DNA from: Malacoraja senta
Taxonomy: Eukaryota
Direction: 5' to 3'
Length of the DNA: 64,000 nucleotides
Assembly (NCBI GenBank): GCA_038087875.1
Contig: CM075991.1
Span: 186,001 to 250,000 of the forward strand
The position numbers and the translations under genes were made by a program. Shown here in pieces: positions 12,168 to 24,100 of this stretch. Position 1 is the first letter of the stretch. Every line of letters starts with the position of its first letter. The notes below the pieces were generated by a model. That model searched no databases and had not been told where the DNA came from. It saw only the letters and a program-made list of their open reading frames with translations.

Positions 12168-15164
12168 TTAGAAAAGATAGACAGGAAAGAAAGGGAGGAG
12201 GGGTGGCCCTTTTAATAAGGGAGGGAATAACGGCAATAGAGAGGAAGGATATTGCGTTGAAGGATCAGGATAGTGAAACAGCTTGGGTACAGATAGAGAA
12301 TAACAAGGGGAAAAAAACACTAGTGGGTGTAATTTATAGACCTCCAAATAGCTGTGACGCTGTTAGTCAGAACATAAATCTGCAAATAGTTGACGCATGT
12401 AAAAAGGGAACTGCTGTAATCATGGGGGACTTCAATTTTCATATTAATTGGGCAAACCAAACTGGGCAGGGTAGACTAGAGGAAGAGTTTATAGAATGTA
12501 TTAGAGACGGGTTCCTAGAACAGTATGTCACAGAACCGACAAGGGGGGAGGCAATCTTGGATCTGGTCCTGTGTAATGAAGCAGGATTAATTAAAAATGT
12601 CATAGTTAGGGACTCGTTGGGAACAAGTGACCACAATATGGTCGAATTCCATATTCAAATAGAAGGGGAGCAGGTTGAAACTCAGGCTAGGGTACTTAGT
12701 TTAAATAAGGGGGATTATGAAGGTATGAGGACTGAGCTGATCAAAGTTGACTGGGATAGCAGACTCAAGAATAAGACGGTACATGAGCAGTGGTGTACGT
12801 TTAAGGATCTACTGTATAACCTTCAAGAAAAATTTATTCCTATGAAGAAAAAAAGGGGTAAGGGAAAGAACAGTCAGCCATGGCTCAGTAAAACTATAAA
12901 GGATAGTATTCGGCTGAAGGCAAGGGCATATAAGGTAGCCAGAGATAGTGGGAGGGTAGAGGATTGGGAAGCATTTAAAGGTCAGCAAAAAATAACTAAG
13001 AGATTAATTAAGACGGGGAAAATAGACTATGAAAGGAATTTAGCGAACAACATAAAAACTAATAGTAAGAGTTTTTATAGCTATATAAAAAGAAAAAGGG
13101 TGGCTAAGGTGAACGTTGGTCCATTGGAGGGTGAGACTGGAGAGTTGTTGGTGGGGAACATGGAAATGGCAAAGGCATTAAACGAGTATTTTGTATCAGT
13201 CTTCACCATAGAAGACACAAAAAATATTCCAACGCTGGATAAACAGGGGGCGGTAGGAATGGAGGAGCTAAATACTATTAAGATCACCAAGGAGGTGGTA
13301 TTAGGGAAATTAATGAGACTGAAGGAGGATAAATCCCCTGGGCCTGATGGATTACATCCAAGGGTCTTGAGGGAGATAGCGGTGGGGATTGTGGATGCAT
13401 TGGTGATAATTTTCAAAAACTCCCTGGAGGCAGGAACGGTCCCAGTGGATTGGAAAATGGCCAATGTAACACCTATATTTTAAAAAGGAAGTAAACAGAA
13501 GGCGGGTAACTATAGACCGGTTAGTCTAACATCGGTGGTGGGTAAAATGTTAGAGACAATTATTAAAGAAACACTAACGGGGCACTTGGATAAACATGAC
13601 TTCATCGGACAGAACCAGCATGGTTTTGTGAAGGGGAAGTCCTGTTTAACGAATCTGCTCGAATTCTTTGAGGAAGTAACAACCCGGGTGGATAAAGGGG
13701 AACCGGTGGATGTGGTATACTTGGACTTCCAAAAGGCTTTTGACAAGGTGCCACATAAGAGACTATTGCTAAAAATAAAAAATTATGGGATTGGGGGTAA
13801 TATATTAGCATGGGTAGAGGATTGGCTAACAAATAGGAAGCAGAGAGTGGGGATAAATGGTTCATACTCGGGATGGCAACTGGTAACTAGCGGGGTTCCG
13901 CAAGGGTCGGTGCTGGGACCCCAGTTGTTCACAATTTATATAAATGATTTGGAGGAGGGAACCAAGTGTAATATATCAAAATTTGCGGATGAAACAAAAA
14001 TGGGAGGAAAAGTAGGGGATGAGGAGGATAGGAAGAGTCTGCAAAAGGATATAGATAAGCTAGGTGAGTGGGCAACAACTTGGCAGATGAAATTTAATAC
14101 TAATAAATGTGAAGTCATTCACTTTGGGAAAAAAAATGATAGGGCAAGTTATTTTCTAAATGAGGTGGAGCTGCGTTGTAATGCAACGCAAAGGGATCTA
14201 GGGGTAGTAGTACATGAATCACTAAAAGTTAGTATGCAGGTGCAGCAAGCAATCAGGAAGGCCAATGGAGTTTTGGCCTTTATTGCTAGGGGGATTGAGT
14301 ATAAAAACACGGAGGTCTTGCTGCAGCTGTACACAGTATAAGTGAGATCACATTTGGAATACTGTGTACAGTTCTGGGGTCCATACTTAAGAAAGGATGT
14401 ACTGGCCCTGGAGGCAGTGCAGCGAAGGTTTACAAGATTAATTCCTGCAATGAGGGGATTGACATACGAGGAAAGGTTAAGTAGGCTGGAACTCTACTCT
14501 TTGGAGTTTAGAAGAATGAGAGGCGATCTCATTGAAACATATAAGATCGTGAGGGGCCTTGATCGGGTGGATGCACCGAGGATGTTCCCAATGATCGGGG
14601 AAACTAGAACTAGGGGACATAGTTGTAGAATAAGGGGGGGCTCTTTTAAAACTGAGATGAGGAAGAACTTCTTCACCCAGAGGGTGGTTAATTTATGGAA
14701 TTCACTGCCCCAGGGAGCAGTGGAAGCAGAAACATTAAATATATTTAAGTCTAAAATAGATGGTTTTTTAGCTGCCAAGGGGATAAGGGGCTACGGGGAG
14801 AGGGCAGGGATATGGACCTAGGTATGGTTAGTATAGTAAGACCTGAGTGATCTCCTGGACAAGTGTCGATCGCCTGGATTGGGGTCGGAGAGGAATTTCC
14901 CGGATTTTTTTCCCGAATTGGACCTGGGTTTTTATCCGTTTTTTTGCCTCCCCCAGGAGATCACGCGGTTCTTGGGGTGGAGAGGGGTGATAGCGGTATA
15001 AAGGGGAGGGTAGTGTCTTGTGTTCTGTGTCTTGTGTCTACTGTTTGTGGGTAAGGGTGTCTGTTTAGTGTTCAGCCATGAGCGAATGGCGGTGCGGGCT
15101 CGATGGGCCTGGTGGTCTACTCTCGCACCTACTTTCTATGTTTCTATGTTTCTATGTTTCTATG
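12168..15164 (+). mobile_element. CR1 family C, 5'-truncated, inserted in the Helitron array
   Basis: APE-RT ORFs at 12095-13483, 13535-14341 and 14342-14821. GTTTA on both flanks. (TTCTATGT)n tail. Nearly identical to 52514-55496. Confidence 0.95.
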
Positions 15165-18100
15165 TTTACATACGGCCCCGGCCCCTCCCCCCCCAACCCC
15201 CGCAGCGTTGGGCATTGTGACATCACAAAACGGAACCTTCATTTACATTCTATTGCTGAGAGATGTTTGTTTAACATTTTGAAATTTCCCCATTCCCTAT
15301 CACCCCCACACACGTGGCGACGCCCTGCGACACGTGTGACAAATCGGAATGAATCCGTTTACATGTGCCTTTGCAGCAGCCCCAGCCCCAGCCCCTCCCC
15401 CCCACCCCCGCAGCCTGTGTCGAAGGGCGTCGTCACGTGTGTGGCAATAGAGAAAGAGGATTGGGGGTGATAGGGAATGGGAAACAGATGGACTGTCCCT
15501 ACCCCTCCTACTTCAACTCTCCCTCCCCACTCTTCCCCCTCTCTCCTCTCCCCCTCCCTCCCCTCCCACCCCCTCCCTTCCCCCTTCACCACCCCTATTC
15601 ACCCCCATCTCCCACCCACCCCCTTCACCTCTCTCTTGCACCACTGCCTGCTACCCCTCTGCCCCTCACTCCCCACTGTTCCCACCTCTCTCCCTCCCCC
15701 TCCCTCTCTCCCTCTCTTCCCCCTACTCCTCTCCCCTTCCCCTCATCCCTCACCTTTCTCTCTCTCCCTTCTCTCTCTCTCCCTTCTCTCTCTCCCTTAT
15801 CTCTCTCTCCATTCTCCCTCCCTTCTCTCTCTCTCTCTCTCTCCCTTCTCTCTCTCCCACTTCTCTCTCTCCTTTCACTCTCTCCTCTCTCTCCCTTCTC
15901 TCCCTCACAGCCCGCGACTCGACTCATGCACGCCCGCTCCAACCCCCCCCCCTTCACCTCTCTCCCCCATCCTCTCTTTCCTCTCTCCACCCCTCTCCTC
16001 TCTCCCCCATTCCTCTCCACCCTCCCTCCCCCTCTCCTCTTCCCTCCCCACCCCGTCTCCCTCTCCCCTCTTCTCTCCCCACCCCGTCTTCCTTCCCCCC
16101 CCCTCCCCCCATCCCCCCGAGTGTGTTTGGGGGTGGTTAGTGTGAGTTTGGGGGGTGGTTAGTGTGAGTGTGATGCCGCAACCCGCCCCCCCCTTACCGC
16201 AAACGCGCGTTGGGAAAACAGCACGCCAACAGTCTCTCTGTCTTTAAAATATTAATATAATATCAAGGGGTGTGATGAGTGTGTGTGTTTGTGGGTGCCA
16301 GATTCACACCCCGCAACCCTGCTTTGGAGGTACAGACCCAACGGGTGGTTAGTGTGACGTCACAGCCCCCCGCCCCAAACGCACGTTCGGTGTCCAGACC
16401 CAACGGGTCTGCACTTGGTATGCACTCCCCACTGTTCCCCTCTCCCTCCCCACCTCTCTCCCTCCACCCTCCCTCTCTCCCTCTCTTCCCCCTACTCCTC
16501 TCCCCTTCCCCTCATCCCCCCCCTCTCCCCTCTTCCTGCCCTCCCCGCTCTCCTCCCACTCCAAACTCTCCTCACCCTCCCTCTCACCCACCCTGATCTC
16601 CTCTCCCTCCCCAATCTGTCCCCTTTCCTCCTCCCCCTCTCCCCTCCGTCCCCCTCTTCCCTCCCCTCCCTCCCCTCTTCTCTCCCCACCCCGTCTCCTT
16701 CTCCCCCCCTCCCCTCCTCTCCCCAACCCCGTCTCCCTCTCCCCCACTCCCCCCGCCTGTGTGTTTGGGGGGTGGTTAGTGTGAGTGTGATGCCGCAGCC
16801 GCAGCCCCCCCCCCCAAACGCAAGGTAAACAAAAAAATGAAGTATAAACTCAGCGGGTGCAGCAGCATCTTTGGATCGAAGGAAATAGGCAATGTTTCAT
16901 AACAAAACACGTCTGAAGATGGGTTTCGGCCACAAACATTGCCTATTTCCTTCGCTCCATAGATGCTGCTGCACCCGCTGAATTTCACCACCTTTTTTGG
17001 GTGCACCAGTCTCTCTGTGTCTCCCCTCTCTCTCTCTCTCTGCCCTTCTCTCTTCACAGCCCGCAGCTTAACTCAGGAACACCAGCTCAAAACACCCCCC
17101 TTGACCTATCTCCAACATCCTCTCCTTACCCTCTCCACACCCTCCTCTCTATCCCCCTTCCTCGCACCCCTTCCTCTCTCCCCCTTCCTCTCCCCCTTCC
17201 TCTCCACCCTCCTCCTCCCCCTCTTCAATTTTTTTTAATTCTAGCATTAAATTTTCACTCTCTATTCATTCACGAATAGACGATCCTGATTAAATTTGGT
17301 CGTGTTTAGGTACGCTTTTTAAAATAAAATACCTCTCCCCCCCTCCAAACCAAACATTTCAAAATGTTTAAAAAAACAGCTCAGCCGTAGAATGTTAGTA
17401 AAGATTCCGTTGTGTGATGTCACAATGCACAATGGTCACAGATGTCCAATCGGAATGGATCCATTTACATATGCCTTTCCAGCGGCCCCAGCCCCGGCCC
17501 CTCCCCCCCAACCCCTGCAGCATTGGTCATTGTGACATCACAAAACGGAACCTTCATTTACATTCTATTGCTGAGAGCTGTTTGTTTAACATTTTGAAAT
17601 TTCCCCATTCCCTATCACCCCCACACACGAGGCGACGCCCTGCGACACGTGTGACAAATCAAAATGAATCCGTTTACATATGCCTTTGCAGCACCCACAG
17701 CCCAAGCCCCTCCCCCAACCCCACAGCCTGTGTCGAAGGGCGTCGCCACGTGTGTGGGGGGATAGGGAATGGGGAAATTTCAAAATGTTTTAAAAAAACA
17801 GCTCTCAGCAATAGAATGTTAATGAAGGTTCCGTTTTGTGATGTCACAATGCCCAATGCTCAAAGATGTCCAATCGAAATGAACAAATTTACATATGCCT
17901 TTGCAGCAGCAACAGCACCAGCCCCTCCCACCCACCACCGCAGCCTGTGTCGAAGGGCGGCGTCACGTGTGTGGCAATAGAGAAAGAGGATTGGGGGTGA
18001 TAGGGAATGGGTAACAGATGGACTGTCCCTACCCCTCCTACTTCAACTCTCCCTCCCCACTCTTCCCCCTCTCTCCTCTCCCCCTCCCTCCCCTCCCACA

Positions 18101-21100
18101 CCCTCTCTTCCCCCTCCACCACCCCTCTTCACCCCCATCTCCCACCCACCCCCTTCACCTCTCTCTTGCACCACTCCCCGTTACCCCTCTACCCCTCACT
18201 CCCCACTGTTCCCCTCTCCCTCCCCCACCTCTCTCCCTCCCCCTCCCTCTCTCCCTCTCTCCCCCCTACTCCTCTCCCCTTCCCCTCGTCCCCTCCACCC
18301 CTCTCCCCCCTTCCTGCCCTCCCCGCTCTCCTCCCACTCTCCACTCTCCTCCCCCTCCGTCTCACCCACCCTGATCTCCTCTCCCTCCCCAATCTCTCCC
18401 CTTTCCTCTTCCCCCTCTCCCCTCCCTCCCCCTCTCCTCTTCTCTCCCCACCCCGTCTCCCTCTCCCCTCTTCTCTCCCCACCACGTCTTCCTCTCCACC
18501 CCTCCCCCGCCTGTGTTTGGGGGGTGGTTAGTGTGAGTGTGATGCCGCAGCCCCCCCCTCCCGCAAACGCGCGTTGGGAAAACAGCCCGCCAACAGTCTC
18601 TCTGTCTTTAAGACAGAACAGCAGATGCTTGAAAATCAAAGGTACACAAAAAAATGCTTCATAACCTCAGCGGGTGCAGCAGCACCTATATCAAAAGAAA
18701 TAGACAACGTTTCGTGAAAAAAACCGTCTGAGGATGGGTTTCCGCCAAAAGCATTGCCTATTTCCTTCACTCCATAGATGCTGCTGCACCCGCAGTGTTT
18801 CTCGAGTTTTATTGTGTGTACCAGTCTATCTGTATCTCCCCTCTCTCTCTCTCTCTGCCCTTCTCTCTTCACAGCCCGCGGCTCAACTCATGCACGCCTG
18901 CTCCAACCCACCCCCTTCACCTCTCTCCCCCATCCTCTTCTTCCTCTCTCCACCCCTCTCCTCTCTCACCCTCCTCTCTCCCCACCTTCCTCACCCCCCT
19001 TCCTCTCAACCCTCCTCCTCCCCCACCTCACAATTTTTTTTTCTAACATTAAATTTTCTCTCTCTGCACCACCCCCCCTCGAGACGCACCTGAGAGGTGA
19101 TGGCTATTCGTCAGTGGATAGGGTGGAGATGGAATAAAAGAAGAAAATTAAAATATTAATTTAATATCAAGGGGTGTGATGAGTGTGTGTGTTTGTGGGT
19201 GCCAAATTCACACCCCGCAACCCTGCTTTGGAGGTACAGACCCAACGGGTGGTTAGTGTGACGTCACAGCCCCCGCCCCAAACGCACGTTCGATGTCCAG
19301 ACCCAACGGGTCTGCACTTGGTCTGCCTGACTTGTGTCTGCCATCCGCCTGACGTGTCACAAATCCCCTTTGATACCGCTCTAGGCCCACACAGCACGCG
19401 GAAACGCCAATATTTTTTACCGTTTCTAAAGAGATTACGTTTATCTTTACGAATAGACAATCCTGATTAAATTTGGTCGTGTTTATGTACACTTTTTAAA
19501 ATAAAATACCTCTCCCCCCCCAAACCAAACATTTCAAAATGTTAAAAAAAACAGCTCAGCCATAGAATGTTAGTAAAGATTCCGTTGTGTGATGTCACAA
19601 TGCACAATGCTCACAGATGTCCAATCAGAATGAATCCGTTTACATATGCCTTTGCAGCAGCCACAGCCCCAGCCCCTCCCCCCCACCCCCGCAGCCTGTG
19701 TCGAAGGGCGTCGTCACGTTTGTGGCAATAGAGAAAGAGGATTGGGGGTGAGAGGGAATGGGAAACAGATGGACTGTCCCTACCCCTCCTACTTCAACTC
19801 TCCCCCCCCACTCTTCCCCCTCTCTCCTCTCCCCCTCCCTCCCCTCCCACCCCCTCTCTTCCCCCTCCACCACCCCTCTTCACCCCCATCTCCCCCCCAC
19901 CCCCTTCACCTCTCTCTTGCACCACTCCCCGCTACCCCTCTGCCCCTCACTCCCCACTGTTCCCCTCTCCCTCCCCCACCTCTCTCCCTCCCCCTCCCTC
20001 TCTCCCTCTCTACCCCTACTCCTCTCCCCTTCCCCTCATCCCCTTCCCCCCTCTCCCCCCTTCCTGCCCTCCCCGCTCTCCTCCCACTCCAAACTCTCCT
20101 CCCCATCCCTCTCACCCACCCTGATCTCCTCTCCCTCCCCAATCTCTCCCCTTTCCTCTTCCCCCTCTCCCCTCCCTCCGCCTCTCCTCTTCTCTCCCCA
20201 CCCCGTCTCCCTCTCCCCTCTTCTCTCCCCACCCCGTCTTCCTCTCCCCCCCTCCCCCCTCCCCCCGAGTGTGTTTGGGGGTGGTTAGTGTGAGTTTGGG
20301 GGGTGGTTAGTGTGAGTGGGATGCCGCAGCCCCCCCCCCCCTCCCGCAAACGCGCGTTGGGAAAACAGCCCGCCAACAGTCTCTGTCTTTAAGACGGAAC
20401 TGCAGATGCTGGAAAATCGAAGGTACACAAAAAAAAACTGTATATCATCAGCGGGTTCAGCAGCATCTATGGATCAAAGAAAATATGCACCCTTTCGGTA
20501 GAAACCATTCTGAGGATGGGCTTCGACCCAAAGCGTTGCCTATTTCCTTCGCTCCATAGATGCTGCTGCACCCGCTGTGTTTCTCCAGCTTTTTTTTGTG
20601 TACAAGTCTCTCTCTCTCTCTCTCTGCCCTTCTCTCTTCACAGCCCGCGGCTCAACTCATGCACGCCCGCTCCAACCCCCCCCCCCCCTTCACCTCTCTC
20701 CCCCATCCTCTCTTTCCTCTCTCCACCCCTCTCCTCTCTCCCCCTTCCTCTCCACCCTCCTTCCCCCTCTCCTCTTCTCTCCCCACCCCGTCTTCCTCTC
20801 CCCTCTTCTCTCCCCACCCCGTCTTCCTCTCCCCCCCCTCACCCCATCCCCCCGAGTGTGTTTGGGGGTGGTTAGTGTGAGTTTGGGTGTGGTTAGTGTG
20901 AGTGTGATGCTGCAGCCCATCCCCCCTCCCGCAAACGCGCGTTGGGAAAACAGCCCGCCAAAAGTCTCTCTGTCTTTAAGACGGAACTACAGATGCTGGA
21001 AAATCGAAGGTACACAAAAAAACCTGTATATCATCAGCGGGTGCAGCAGCATCTATGGATCGAAGTAAATAGGCAACGTTTCGGTAGAAAACCAGTCTGA

Positions 21101-24100
21101 GGATGGGCTTCGGCCCAAAGCGTTGCCTATTTCCTTCGCTCAATAGATGCTGCTGCACCCGCTGTGTTTCTCAAGCTTTTTTTTGTGTACCAGTCTCTCT
21201 GTCTCTCCCATCTCTCTCTCTCTCTCTCTCTGCCCTTCTCTCTTCACAGCCCGCGACTCGACTCATGCACGCCCGCTCCAACCCCCCCCCCCCTTCACCT
21301 CTCTCCCCATCCTCTCTTTCCTCTCTCCACCCTCTCCTCTCTCCCCCTTCCTCTCGACCCTCCTCCTCCCCCTCTTCAAATTTTTTTTTCTAACATTAAA
21401 TTTTCCCTCTGCCCCAACACCTCTAGACGCATCTGAGAGGTGAGGGCTATTCGTCAGTGGATAGGGTGGAGATGGGATAAAAGAAGCAAATTAAAAAATT
21501 AAAATAATATCAAGGGGTGTGATGAGTTTGTGTGTTTGTGGGTGCCGGATTACGTGCTTTGGAGGAAAGGGGATGATTAGTGTGACGCCACAGCCTTCCC
21601 CCCCCCCCCCCCCACAAACGCACGTTCGGTGTCCAGACCCAACGGGTCTGCACTTGGTCTAGTATACTTTTAAAACTCTCTGGCTGTCGTCCGTCTGTAC
21701 GTCTGTACGTCTGTACGTCCATACGCCGCCTTTGATACCGCCCCTGGCCCACACAGCGCGCGGAAAGGCCCATATTTTTTACCATTTCCAAAGAGATGAC
21801 ATTTATCTTTACGAATAGCCACTCCTGATTAAATTCGGTCCTGTTTATGTACACGTTTTTTAATAATATCCATCCCGCCCCCCACCCCCATGTGATTTTC
21901 TCCGATTGTCTCCGATTTTCTCCGAAAACGACGCCATCTTTTTTTCCCGATTTTCTCCGAAAACGACGCCATCTTTTTTTCGCCGATTTTCTCCGATTTG
22001 TTCCGAAAACGACGCCATCTTTTTTTCAGCAGATTTTCACCCCGGGGTCTGAAGCACGTTCGGGAACAACACCCCGGGGTGTCAAGCACTTGGTCTAGTA
22101 TACTTTTAAAACTCTCTGGCTGTCGTCCGTCTGTACGTCTGTACGTCCAATGTTCTGCTTGACTTGTCCCGCCTTTGATACCGCCCCGCGCCCGCGCGGC
22201 GCGCAGAAACGCCGATATTTTTTACCGTTTCTAAAGAGGTTACGTTTATCTTTACGAATAGACGATCCTGATTAAATTCGGTCGTGTTTAGGTACGCTTT
22301 TTAAAATAAAATACCTCTCCCCCTCCCCAAACCAAACATTTCAAAATGTTTAAAAAAACAGCTCAGCCGTAGAATGTTAGTAAAGTTTCCGTTGTGTGAT
22401 GTCACAATGCACAATGGTCACAGATGTCCAATCGGAATGGATCCATTTACATATGCCTTTGCGGCGGCCCCAGCCCCGGCCCCCCCCCCCCAACCCCCGC
22501 AGCATTGGGCATTGTGACATCACAAAACGGAACCTTCATTTACATTCAATTGCTGAGAGCTGTTTGTTTAACATTTTGAAATGTCCCCATTCCCTATCAC
22601 CCCCACACACGTGGCGACGCCCTGCGACACGTGTGACAAATCGAAATGAATCCGTTTACATATGCCTTTGCAGCACCCACAGCCCAAGCCCCTTCCCCCA
22701 ACCCCGCAGCCTGTGTCGAAGGGCGTCGCCACGTGTGTGGGGGGGATAGGGAATGGGGAAATTTCAAAATGTTTTAAAAAAAACAGCTCTCAGCAATAGA
22801 ATGTTAATGAAGGTTCCGTTTTGTGATGTCACAATGCCCAATGCTCAAAGATGTCCAATCGAAATGAACCAATTTACATATGCCTTTGCAGCAGCAACAG
22901 CTCCAGCCCCTCCCCCCCACCCCCGCAGCCTGTGTCGAAGGGCGTCGTCACGTGTGTGGCAATAGAGAAAGAGGATTGGGGGTGATAGGGAATGGGTAAC
23001 AGATGGACTGTCCCTACCCCTCCTACTTCAACTCTCCCTCCCCACTCTTCCCCCTCTCTCCTCTCCCCCTCCCTACCACACCCTCTCTTCCCCCTCCACC
23101 ACCCCTCTTCACCCCCATCTCCCACCCTCCCCCTTCACCTCTCTCTTGCACCACTCCCCGTTACCCCTCTGCCCCTCACTCCCCACTGTTCCCCTCTCCC
23201 TCCCCCACGTCTCTCCCTCCCCTCCCTCTCTCCCTCTCTCCCCCCTACTCCTCTCCCCTTCCCCTCATCCCCTCCCCCCCTCTCCCCCCTTCCTGCCCTC
23301 CCCGCTCTCCTCCCACTCCCCACTCTCCTCCCCCTCCCTCTCACCCACCCTGATCTCCTCTCCCTCCCCAATCTCCCCCTTTCCTCTTCCCCCTCTCCCC
23401 TCCCTTCCCCTCTCCTCTTCTCTCCCCACCCGTCTCCCTCTCCCCTCTTCTCTCCCCACCACGTCTTCCTCTCCACCCCTCCCCCGCCTGTGTTTGGGGG
23501 GTGGTTAGTGTGAGTGTGATGCCGCATCCCCCCCCTTCCGCAAACACGCGTTGGGAAAACAGCCCGCCAACAGTCTCTCTGTCTTTAAGACAGAACTGCA
23601 GATGCTTGAAAATCAAAGGTACACAAAAAAATGCTTCATAACCTCAGCGGGTGCAGCAGCATCTATATCAAAAGAAATAGACAACGTTTCGTGAAAAAAC
23701 CCGTCTGAGGATGGGTTTCCGCCAAAAGCATTGCCTATTTCCTTCACTCCATAGATGCTGCTGCACCCGCAATGTTTCTCGAGTTTTATTGTGTGTACCA
23801 GTCTATCTGTCTCTCCCCTCTCTCTCTCTCTCTTCACAGCCCGCGGCTCAACTCATGCACGCCAGCTCCAACCCACCCCCTTCACCTCTCTCCCCCATCC
23901 TCTTCTTCCTCTCTCCACCCCTCTCCTCTCTCACCCTCCTCTCTCCCCACCTTCCTCACCCCCCTTCCTCTCAACCCTCCTCCTCCCCACCTCACAATTT
24001 TTTTTTCTAACATTAAATTTTCTCTCTCTGCACCACCCCCCCCTCGAGACGCACCTGAGAGGTGATGGCTATTCGTCAGTGGATAGGGTGGAGATGGAAT

